A DNA stretch of 34,374 nucleotides from Jimgerdemannia flammicorona. Lineage: Eukaryota. Position numbers and translations under genes: made by a program. Below are positions 23,015 to 33,521 of this stretch, one piece after another. Every line of letters starts with the position of its first letter. The first letter of the stretch is position 1. Location: the NCBI GenBank assembly GCA_003990765.1, contig RBNJ01000275.1, positions 1 through 34,374 on the forward strand, read 5' to 3'. The notes under the pieces are model-generated. The model saw only the letters and a list, made by a program, of their open reading frames with translations. It did not search any database and was not told where the DNA came from.

Positions 23015-23092
23015 TGGTGGTTCAGAACGTTGAAAATATTTTCCTCACTATGATTCGGAATTAGCATGGTACGTTAAACATCACAACCACCA
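23015..23092 (-). ncRNA. snR53: Box C/D snoRNA, snR53-like (predicted 2'-O-methylation guide for the 18S rRNA Am796 equivalent)
   Basis: 7-bp terminal stem TGGTGGT/ACCACCA, box C variant GTGATGT, guide CCATGCTAAT antisense to 18S AUUAGCAUGG, D' CCGA, C' GTGAGGA and box D CTGA. The +5 rule selects the A in UUAGC. Confidence 0.85.
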
Positions 23093-23191
23093 AGAGCCCA
23101 AAATGACCGAAGTACAGTACCTACCCGTAATATAAGGACAAAGAATGCGCACTACTTTGAGTAGTCCTTTTGAGAATTGGATGTCAGAAAG

Positions 23192-23285
23192 GAAAATCAG
23201 TGCACTATTCGAAAACCGTAACAACTGTCTCAAAAACAATCGTTTGTCATCAAACGCGATCAGCAAATTGTGTCATCATAGTTTC
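23192..23285 (-). ncRNA. Candidate orphan box C/D snoRNA
   Basis: Box C ATGATGA (23279-23273), D' CTGA (23263-23260), C' TTGATGA (23253-23247), box D CTGA (23200-23197, alternative 23187-23184) and a short GAAA/TTTC stem. It lies just downstream of a GTAAGC donor. Confidence 0.7.
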
Positions 23286-23574
23286 AGAATTTGATAATAT
23301 ATGGTAATCATATCGCAGGCTTCATCGGACTAAATAGGAGTGAATTAGGTGCTTACCGATGTCATGAGTTTCGTCGGTTGCCTTGCCGCCGAGGAGCCCG
23401 AGGGCAATGAAGACGGCGCTGTTGTTGTCGATTATGTTGACGGAAATGATAATGACGCGAGGGACTACGCCGGCGCCTGCGATGTTAGGAGCGACCCCAT
23501 GTGCGTCTTCGTGTTTAAGGCTGTATTAGGCTTTATTAGCATTCCCTCCGGTAACCAAGCCCATTGTGTGTTGT

Positions 23575-23627
23575 TTGTGTTGTGTGTGTGTGTATGTGTG
23601 TGTGTGTATGTGTGTGTGTGTGTGTGT
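23575..23627. repeat. Imperfect (GT)n microsatellite
   Basis: Read directly. Confidence 0.95.
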
Positions 23628-23754
23628 GGAATGCCATCGTGCACAATAAACCCTTGGCCATGGTTCTTATCTTGTCAAAAACCTAATGGTTTAATAAACA
23701 GAGGATCAGTACGAATCCCTCGCTAAAAAACGCAATCAACAGAAGAGGACGAAT

Positions 23755-23845
23755 GTCATGTTCAGATTCTCTTTTTGGCTGTGAGTGCTTATATTCTCGA
23801 CACGATTCTTTCCGCCTGGGGCGGCAAAGCAATCATCATGATGAC
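23755..23845 (-). ncRNA. snR67: Box C/D snoRNA, snR67/SNORD31-like (predicted guide for the LSU P-loop Gm, yeast Gm2619 / E. coli Gm2251 equivalent)
   Basis: Stem GTCAT/ATGAC, box C ATGATGA (23839-23833), guide TGCCGCCCCAG antisense to 25S CUGGGGCGGCA, D' CGGA and box D CTGA (23765-23762). The +5 rule selects the second G of UGGGG. Confidence 0.88.
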
Positions 23846-24007
23846 TTTCAAAGAATGAAAAAGTGGGAGAAGAGCCTACCTTTGGGGTTGTTGGGGGTGG
23901 AAGAAGGAGAGATGTTTTTTTTTTATTTTTCCCGAAAGGTGGTGTGTGATGTCATCCCAGATCCAAAATTTGTTTCTGGTTTGGTGGCCTTCCTTCACGA
24001 AACAACC

Positions 24008-24795
24008 ATGTTTGCACGCGCCTTGAGCCCAGCGTTCGGAGCCTTACCCAAAGTCCTGCCTGCCTCGGTTTTCGGTCGCATCGGTGGGTCTTTGAGTGAG
24101 GGAGCCTGTTGAGTATTGTACAAGTCTAGTCTCGCTGAATGTCGTCCAACTTCTCTCCTTATTGTGTACAGCGGTGGCACCTTTTATGCAATCGCAGCTG
24201 TCTCGATATCTCGTTCCGGCGGTTGCTGCAGGTAAAACGATTTGCGTGTATTTTTGACGCCCTTCAATGGAAAGATTTGAGTCTCTCCCCCCAAGACAGT
24301 GCCTCACCCTTTCGCATTTTATTGAAATTAGTTTCCCATATCCACACCACCCGCCGCGTGACACCATCACCTCAAGCTCAACCCGCGAGTTCCACTACCG
24401 CACTGGCTACCTTGGATGCGACGACTAAAGACGCTGTCTCCCTTCTCCGATCCCAGCTTCGTTACTACGCCATCGTGGAGATCATGGGCCGCCCTCACCT
24501 CATCACCAAGAATGATCTTGTGATAGTGAATCGGCTGCTAGACGTTGAAGTCGGCGACGTCGTGGAGCTAAACCGGGTGCGGGAGCTCGGTTCCCGGGAC
24601 TACACGATCAAGGGCTCCCCGTACGTGAGCGAAAAATTCTACACCATCAGAGCGACGGTGGTGGAGCATACCAAGAGTCGGATGATCCGGGTCGTGAAGA
24701 AGAAGCGAAGAAAGAATTACAAGAGGACGGTGACGCACAAGCAGACCCATACGTCGTTGAGGATCGCGGAGTTGGATATCAATAAGTTGGATTAG
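24008..24795 (+). CDS. MRPL49: Mitochondrial ribosomal protein bL21m; exons 24008-24083, 24172-24231, 24332-24795 (199 aa)
   Basis: Presequence-like N-terminus and L21 domain YYAIVEIMGRPHLITKNDLV...RVRELGSRDYTIKGSPYV...VVEHTKS...KKKRRKNYKRTVTHKQTHTSLRI. Exons sum to 600 nt. Confidence 0.93.
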
Positions 24796-25278
24796 CCGAT
24801 TCTTTTTGGGGTAGAGTGTCTTGGAATAGAATGTAGGTCATTGAAAAAAGTAAAATGATACGGACGATATTGTTGGGCAGTCGACTCAATTCTTCCTTCT
24901 GCTGTTATGAAACTGATGTTAGTCAAAATGTATAAAGCTCATCTAGATATTGTGATAATATTGATATTTTTCGGAAATCTCGTATAAAGACAGAACCTAT
25001 GACGGATTCAATATAGCTATATATCCACAGTATAACTGAAAGAATCACGTAAACACCACTATGCTTTCGAAGGCGCTTTATTTATTACCGAAAAAAAAAA
25101 AGAAAAAAAGAATATACCTCAAGGTCCCATTTATTGTATATACGAAGAAACTCACACGTATGAAGGAGAGCTAATCACGAGCTCGTCGCTTCGATAAATT
25201 TGTACTGAATCCTATTTTGATTTCCAAAATGCACGTCCTTTTTGCGCGCTGCTACCTGTCTTTCAACATCGAGTCCGT

Positions 25279-26736
25279 TCACTCGGACTTCACTCTTTCT
25301 TGGCGAAACTCCTCGCCTACTTGCTCGCCTATTTGTTCGGCCCGTCTCTTGATTTCTCCTCCCATACGTTTGCCGGCCTCGATGAAGTTATGCTTTGTGG
25401 GCTGTTTCTGACGCTGGCGCTTATCGCGGACGTCGTAAAAGAGGGAGCCCTGGTGGCGACGGAGGAAAATGCTCTGTAAATGTTTTACTTTACCGCTAAT
25501 TAAGGCATTTATGCACACAGACAGCGGTGCTGGAATGGATATCGCAATGAAGGAAGTCAAAGATTATTATACTCACGTCAAACACCCCACGGATGTCTTC
25601 CTTGTATATTTTCCCGTTGTGTCCGATAAGGAGGTAGGTTGTGAGCCATTCGAAATACATGGCAAACCTATTTGGGGGTGCACCATTGATTGCAAGTCTG
25701 TCTTCGTGGGCATGTAGACTATATTACGATAAATGCATAAGAATTACCATCCAAACGGATCGGCAACATTCCGTTGACCTTTGATGAAGTCCAACAGCTC
25801 CCAAAAAGTCATGGTCTGCCCATTGGCATCCCTTCGAGCGAACTTAGAGAAGATCTGTTCGAATTTCTCGGGAACGAAGCGGCCCTATAAAACATCAAAC
25901 AAATGGCGAATTAAGCCTTTGTTGCCGCATAGGTCGTCGAAGAACTCAAAAATAGTATGGAATGTGCCCCACGAACCTCAGGATCATAGGTCTCGGAATC
26001 CGATCCGTGCTAACGCATAAAGACGAGGTGAATAGGCAAAATCGGCAAATTGATATAGAAGACTGCGAAGTATTTGGTAATTAAACCTTAGCCCTGTGCA
26101 TGTTCTTAGCGTAGATCCAGAAGAACGGATTCGGGAACCAGAAGTCTTGCGTGACCCAGGAGAAAGATAAGTGAATAACGACCATAGCGGCGAGTGAAAA
26201 AATAAGATTGAACCCCAAGTCGTTAAAGCCTGTCGTCGAAATTTTAGAGCGCGTGAGACTTTGTTTTGCATCTTGCATAAATCACACAATGAGTCAGTAA
26301 CTCACCGACAAGCGTGTCCCACGGCGTGATGATGCCGTCGTGATCACGGTCGAAGAAGCTGACATGTTGTTGCAGAACCTGTATGGTTGAGAATGGGCGT
26401 AACATGACAATCAGCATCAATATCACAGTGGCCTCGTTATCCAGGCTGGTGAATCCGCCACGCACCGTTCTCTCGTCCTTGATAGCCTCATAGTTCTTTG
26501 TGCCGTTCGGCATCTCCTTACTGACAGCCTCGGATGCACGGGGAATGGCTGCGCAGGATAGAGATGATAGACTCTTCAAAATTTGAATTAGGGCGACGAT
26601 TGAAACGCGAATCGCTATGCCTACCCGGATGATCGATATACTGTTCTAGATCTGTCGGAACAGGCCTTTTGGAGGTGACTGGGGCCCTAGCCGCGCTTGT
26701 TTTGATATAGGTGACTTCTCCGATTTTTGTAGACAT
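25279..26736 (-). CDS. Caleosin/peroxygenase (lipid-droplet EF-hand protein), multi-exon
   Basis: VLQQHVSFFDRDHDGIITPWDT (His plus EF hand), hydrophobic proline-knot region WFPNPFFWIY, HRAKHGSDSETYD, RFVPEKFEQIFSK, DPFGW, EW and GSLFY. TATA-like TATATA ~50 bp upstream. Confidence 0.93.
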
Positions 26737-26904
26737 GTTGACGGTTGTTGCTTGATGGCGAAGGTAGGAAGATGTGCATGAGCTATATATAAGGGCGGTC
26801 GACGTAGGCATCGAGCAAGATGGCGTGGTCGAACAAGATGTTGGCGTTTGATGTCATTTCAAATATACGCGTGGCGCGAATAGGAACATCCATTCCAGGC
26901 ATCG

Positions 26905-26992
26905 CTCTAGACCGCCAAAGCATTTTCACATGCTTGCATGAAAAAATCACCAAACTATTTCTCTAGACCCGCCAGATCATTTTCACATGCTT
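26905..26992. repeat. Imperfect ~31-bp direct repeat (CTCTAGACC(C)GCCA..CATTTTCACATGCTT) upstream of caleosin
   Basis: Copies at 26905-26935 and 26961-26992. Confidence 0.85.
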
Positions 26993-27128
26993 ACAAGAGG
27001 GCCACTGGATCATCTCACGATTAATTACATTACAATCTCTGCGATAATAACTAGCTTGGAACTCTGAATTTCTATGGCAGACTATGTCCATCTACCCTGA
27101 ATCGTCCAACGCATTTCCATTTTGTGAT

Positions 27129-28842
27129 TCAAGGCTTGACCCCGAGCGTGAGCTTGATTCCCATGCTCATCAGTTCTGTAGCCAGATACCGGAAAACGTA
27201 CGGAACTGCCACAAGGTCGATTCCCTTGGATGTGCCGCATACGCGGCACTCGATATCACGGCGTGTGGACAGCGATGTTGGAGCGATAGACACGGTGGAA
27301 ACAATAGAGCCACAGAGGCGGCAGACATGGCACTACAAAGAATCATGCACACGGCAGTAAGGATACCATCAAAAATTCAGTGTCGACGGAGGTCAAGAAA
27401 GATTGATTGATTACCTGTGAATAGTCGGAGCAATTCATCAATCGATCTTGCAGCAAGAAACTCACGCCATGCGCTAAAAGTGAGTCACGTTCCATCTCAC
27501 CAAACCGAATACCACCGGCCCGTTTACGACCCTATAATTTGCGAGTGTGGTGGATTAAACAACAAAATGTTACATATGCATTGCCGAGGGCGTAATAGGC
27601 AGAGGAGGGCGATATGAAAGACGGTAGGTTGCGTATGGAGTGTATACGCCGTCTGGTACTGACCTTGACGGGCTGCATTGTCAGGTTGTGTACTGGGCCA
27701 GTCGTACGCACTTGGTATTTGTCTGAAACCATGTGCCTAAGGCGTTGATAGTAGACGACCTACGAAAAATCACATCGGTCAGTAGTTTGGTCAATTATAA
27801 GAAATTTTCTACGAATGCTAATAGAAGTCGAGTTTCAGAGAAAGCTTCAAGGAAAAGTGGTTAAACGTACTCCAATGTAGATATCGGCCTGTAACTCCTC
27901 GCCCGTAATACCGCTGTACATAGGCTCATTGCCGTGATAATTGTAACCGGCTTTGATTAGTTGTTCGCCAAAATAATCGGCGGCAGTGAATTGCTCGTTG
28001 AACCTGAAAGGTTATAACAATTGAGAAGCTTAGGTTAGAATTTAAATAGCACGACAATAAAACATGCGCTATTCCACTCACTTGAATGGTGCCGAATCTT
28101 GAGCGATCCCATGCAACGCTCCAGCTTTCCCTGCCAAACTCTCGACAAACATGCCGATGGTCATGCGGGATGGAAAAGCATGCGGATTGATAATGACATC
28201 AGGCTGCATGCCCGATTCTGTGAAAGGCATGTCCACGGCAGGCCACTTCTGCGAACAGACGCCCTTTTGACCGTGGCGCGACGAGAACTTGTCCCCAATG
28301 ATGGGGGAGCGGGTGATACGTAATTTGATGTGGACCTTTTGACATTCTTGATCGCCCGAGTCGTTGCCTGTGTACACGAATCGTTTAAGATTACAATGAA
28401 AACGAGTGTGACCTACACGTGAATAAGGGTGGCGTGTCGCCCAACGATTTCTGACTAATGATGGCTAATGATTCCTATTCATGCAGTCTTTTCTTCGTTT
28501 CTTTTGTTTAGCGTCACGCAATTCCCTTTTGTCTTGAGCAAAAATACTCTGAGTGTTCGTCGAAGATATCCACCTCCACCTCGGTTGGGAGTGAGTATGA
28601 ATGGGCAACGGTGAGCAGTGAGCGAGCGGCGGCGGCTGGTGGGCTGGCGGTGAGGGTGAAGCTGATTTATATAATAACAAGCAACGCGCTCGGAGGGTCT
28701 TCCTCCAGGCTTTGGGGATAGAGCTGTCCTTAGGGTCTTAGGGCCTTAGGGGCACCAGTTGAGCATGCGATGATTTAAGGCAGTGGTGGCTAGTAATGGC
28801 CAATCCTGACTATCTGAGTCCGACTCAACCCATCCGAAGTCT

Positions 28843-28890
<48 letters not shown>

Positions 28891-31800
28891 ACATACGTAC
28901 CTAACAGCCGCACCTCATCCACCAAACCATCCTCGTGATTCTTGTACTTTTTCACATGAGTCCTTCCAGTCGTATCATCCACATACGCACAGATTGGATC
29001 ACCATCTTTCAATGTAACCCCAATGAAAGGCATACCATCCCAGTCCAACTTCTCCCTCCATTTCTTGTCCGCATCCTTGCCCATTCCGAAATGATGCAAG
29101 ATACCCTCACCCTGCTGCTTCATTTCTCCCAGATCAATAATCTCAGACTTGTATACCGTGCCATATCCGAAGCCACGCTCGTGGCTCGATTTATTGAGGA
29201 TCATGGCGTCTTCCATGTCGTAACCGGTGTATGAGATGACGGCAACGATGGCATTACAGCCGTTGGGGAAACCGTCCATGCCATAATAGTTGTGGAGGTC
29301 GGGCCGGACGACGGGTGTTTGGCCAGTTTGGATGCGGTAAAGTTTATTGTCAGTGCGGTGGCGGATTGCGGTCGCAGGCGTACCCATTGTTTGTTTACCC
29401 ATCTAGGCAAAGGAATAAAATAATAGTAATAATAATAAAGGAGAAATCACCAATGAATAGCTTGTCGGATTCCTCGTTTACGTCCCGCGTTTGTTAGTAT
29501 ATCTCCACATCCATCATATTTTCAATAATACTCACCTGACACTGATACATGTTCCTAGGGCTCTGGTTGAAATCTGAATATGGCGTCATATTCGCAATGA
29601 TGCTAAGTATGTTTGTCGGTGCAAATTCCTGGTGTGTCGTAACACCAGGGACGACTTCGTCATCCATACATGCGATCTCGAGATAGACTTGCTCAAAGGG
29701 GCCAACCATATCAGTCTTGCCGTTGGCAAGATACTTGACGGGACGCATCATTCGAGCAGCCGTAGAGAACAGGAAGAGTCCGGGGTATTGACCACCGTGC
29801 GAAGGAGGTACAAGACCAATTTCGAGGTCAAGGGGAACCTGGAGAACAAAACGCACATGAGATGGGTCAAAAAAAAAAAAAAACACATAAAAATGATAAT
29901 AGCACGATTGTTTCTCGCCTCAACGACAGAGGGGACCTTAAAATAAGATGCTATAACTCACCCCTTTGCCTCCCTCCACTTTCCAAAACCTTAATGTCTT
30001 CGCCACTCGTTCTGCCAATCTTGGCTCACACCATCCAATGATTCGTCCGTCAAGCTGCACAGCCACCTGCTCTGCTCCTCGGATGGCATGCACAACCGTC
30101 TGTGTTATGCCTAAAGACGCCAATAGCGCTGGGATCTGCGAGACATCAAGAGGTTCGTTGATGACCTTGCATGTATGAGAAAGATGGTTAAGGAGACCAC
30201 AGGGACCACCGTCGGGAGTGTGGACAGGACAGACGAAACCTTATCAAAGTTGGAGGGTTTGTCCGAGATGAACACAGAGAAGCATGACAAGGTCAGCACA
30301 ACTGGCGGATGCGTCCCCAAGAATTGCAAATCACATCCGCATATGCAAGTCTAACATCTATATAACCCATTGTTTTACGTTCCAACTCACCCCACGCCTC
30401 TGGTAATAATTTCCTGACAGTAGTGGTCTTAAGTTCCGCAAAGAAAGAACCACGATGCACACATCGGAAGTGCGAAAGATAACGGTAAAAGTTGAGTTTC
30501 TCAGCGACGATGGTGTAACCGGTCGCCTGATGTAATGATAGTCAGTCATACTGGGGGTGAGTGTGGGGTCTCCCACATGTGTAAGTGTGAGTCAACGAGT
30601 GCTGATGACATTGTTACCAACACATACCTGTTGCAAATCCAAACCTGTGTTTGACACAAGGTTACCCGTCGCAAGGAAGTAAGATAGCTTTTGGCCTACA
30701 TCTGACGGAACTCTGGCAAGTGTCCTGGTGAAGTATTTACCTAAAATTTTTCGAAAGAACGATAACGATAAGGTAAACGAACTTGTGAGCTCATATCGCA
30801 AAAATCAACGCTTTACTAATGGTTGATCCATCAGAGTTTCGCATATAGCTTGCAAGCGCCAGAGGAAGAAAGAAAGAAAAAACTACTATTGAAGAAATCC
30901 ACTGCGTGTCCTTTACGAACGTCCAGCGTAATGTGTTGTTTGACCGTTGTAAGCCAGTCCTCGAGTTTCTCCTTAAAGATCATCCCATAAAGATGTCCAC
31001 CAAGCAGAATCTCCTGGTGTTGAGGTGAATCAGGATTGTCGGCGCAACAGGCGCCGGAGACAAGGGCGTACAGCTTGCGGATCATGTAACTGGCGAGGGT
31101 GAATACAATGAATACAAACGAAACAGCCGATGAACGAAATACGGAAAATATCTACTTACACCAGCAAATTAAACTTATCTCTACGATCAATCAAATGCAC
31201 CAACACAATCTTCCTAAGTAAACCCTCTCCAACCTCTCTATCCAAAAAGTCATCGTCAAAGCCCATGACGACTCTAAACTTATCTCCCAAATAGGCAAGA
31301 CACTGGTCACGGGTGTACAACGAATAAATCTTGAACCCTCTTAATAACAGCTCAACACGATCCGTCAAAAACGTGTTTTCCACATCGCCCATGCACAGCG
31401 CGTCGAAAATCTCCTTATCCGATGTATCTATCAATGCCTTGAGAACCATCATGGCAGGGACCATATACTCCTGCTTTCGCCACGAGAACCGAAGCATTAC
31501 CCCTCCATCCGTGAGGTAATGCACTGTGTTGGTTTGTGATGTCTGGTCAGGACGGGTAGCACGGATCGCGCAACCAAACTGAGTATAAGCGGGTCCACGG
31601 TTGCTGAAAGATGGGCGAATCAAGGCAGAGACATTATTGCGGCGCGGGATGATGAGGAGGCGGATAATCTTTTCGATACCGTTGACAATGAAATAGCCGC
31701 CCATTTCTTCGGTCTCTTCGTGATGTCGGATCAACTGAGCAGGATAGAGGTGTTGAAGGTGGCATATGTTAGATTTGACCATGATGGGTGCGAGGCCCAG

Positions 31801-32466
31801 AAGGCGTGATTCTGTTTGGACCGGACCGTCGTTGACGCGCCATGAAAGGTGAGCTTGGATCTTCCCGCGGTAGGTGATGAGACGTTCGCGACACTAGAGA
31901 TGAACGGTAATGATTTAAAGTTTTCAGCGCAATCGATTCGGCATTAGCCCCCTACAAATCATTACCTCTATCACACAACAATGATGATAACAATACCTCT
32001 GTAGGGAAAATTTTGCGTTCGATGGAGCGCGTCTCCTTATCAGAAAGCATGGGACGTTGAATCATTACTTTATCAATCCAGACTGTTAGAAGAGATTAAG
32101 AAATCCAAGACAATGTGGAGTGAAGCATGTTTGCGGGATGGTAAAATAAATGCTCCAACTACAAGCTTGAAATCCGACATGTTTCGTGGGTGCTCACAGT
32201 CATATCCTCCACTTGTTTTAAAGGATACAGCTCAATTTATTTCCGAGCTTGCCGTCTTTGCCCTTGCCATCAAAAACAGCCTTGTGCCCGATGTCCGCCA
32301 CAGCCATCTCGAGTAATCCATGTTTATCGTCTCCGTACTCAAGCATGGCATTGAAAGATTCGAGATGTGGTGCCGCCACCTTTTGCAGCGAGGGTGTCTG
32401 GAATTCCTTGTCGGACGGGTTGCGGAATGCCTGCTCCCGCTTTAGTGTGTCGAACGTTGTCGGCAT
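27129..32466 (-). CDS. RPA135: DNA-directed RNA polymerase I second-largest subunit, many exons
   Basis: [108 protein letters not shown] and the C-terminal zinc motif ending LTLGVKP*. Confidence 0.98.
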
Positions 32467-32666
32467 GGCTATAAAAATAGGTGAGAATGATGTTTTCGAT
32501 TGGCTATAGACACCGCTTGGAGGTCAATGGTATTGTCCTTCTGTGTGTTAAAAAGTTGCTCTCGAAAAAAAGAAATAGCCAATCACGGGTTTGGCCTGTG
32601 ACTGTAATTTCTCCTCGTCTTTAAAAGTTCGATGGCCAAGCCGCAGGACTTGGCTTCACTCTAACC

Positions 32667-33521
32667 ATGATTACACAGCAAGTCGCAAAAACCGGTGTCT
32701 CTTCTCTTCCTGCCGAACTTTTACGTCACACTATATCCTTTCTGAAGGCGCCCCAGCTATGGCCACTTCGTTTAGTCGACAAGCGTTTCTATGAAAATGT
32801 GATGGAGATGGCAGTTCAAAGGGTGCAGGATGCATTCACCAAAGACGGCTGGGTTATGAAGGTAGGTTTGGACCAGAATATAGTTTTATAATGAACGAAG
32901 GCACTTGAGAGTTTTCTGATGAACAATCTTACCCCACTCCTACAGTTCGAAGTCTCGCACATTATTGATGCCCAACTGTCGCTCCTCTGCAACTTCCGTC
33001 ATATCGACCCCAAAAACAATATCGCACGCTTCACTTTCTCTGGTCCCACTCCAAACTCCGGCGCTGTTCCCACAAAACCATGTACTCTCCTTTCACGAAC
33101 CCTCGTTCTCCCATCGGAATTGCCCTCTTTCAGCATCAGTGTGGCATTTGTCCGAGTCGCCCCCGCGACGGGAAAGATTGTGCGGGTGATTGATGGGGAT
33201 GAAGTGACGGTTAATGTTTCAGGAGATATGACGATCAATGAAACGGAAGGTGAATTGTCTCGGCTGTTTGGGGTGAAGCACCAGGTGGGGTGTATCGAGA
33301 TGGAAGTTGACGTGAGGTGTGCGATGGACAAGGAGAGGGAATTAGCAGTATTGATGATGGGTGAGAGAGGTCTGCTGATGATTGAAAGCGCGAATTGTCG
33401 AGTGTTTGAGTTTTTGGGGGTCGGTTGTCGGGCTGAGTGGGTGTTGGATTTATTGGAGGAGGCACATTCTGATAAGATGTCACAAGATGAACGTTTGCAG
33501 AAGTCTGACCGAAATACGTGA
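32667..33521 (+). CDS. F-box domain protein; exons 32667-32861 and 32946-33521 (256 aa)
   Basis: F-box signature SSLPAELLRHTISFLKAPQLWPLRLVDKRF. The GT-AG intron joins the two ORFs in frame. Confidence 0.8.

Larger units (their letters stand above)
22860..23960 (-). ncRNA. Putative spliced non-coding snoRNA host transcript, divergent from the bL21m gene (boundaries approximate)
   Basis: Minus-strand donors (GTAGGC at 23879, GTAAGC ~23356, GTAGGT ~23124) and branch/acceptor sites (GCTAAT...CAG ~23521, GCTGAT...TAG ~22930) bracket three C/D snoRNA-like units. No convincing ORF. Confidence 0.65.

Noticed and set aside
23115..23125. Recursive (zero-length exon) AG|GT splice site in the snoRNA host
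   Set aside because: A conventional reading with an upstream acceptor and a GTAGGT donor, giving a short exon, is equally plausible. It cannot be supported without reads.
23349..23726. 125-aa plus-strand ORF with CVCV repeats
   Set aside because: Runs through a GT microsatellite and is antisense to the snoRNA host.
27084..27410. 108-aa plus-strand ORF
   Set aside because: Antisense to the last coding exon of RPA135.
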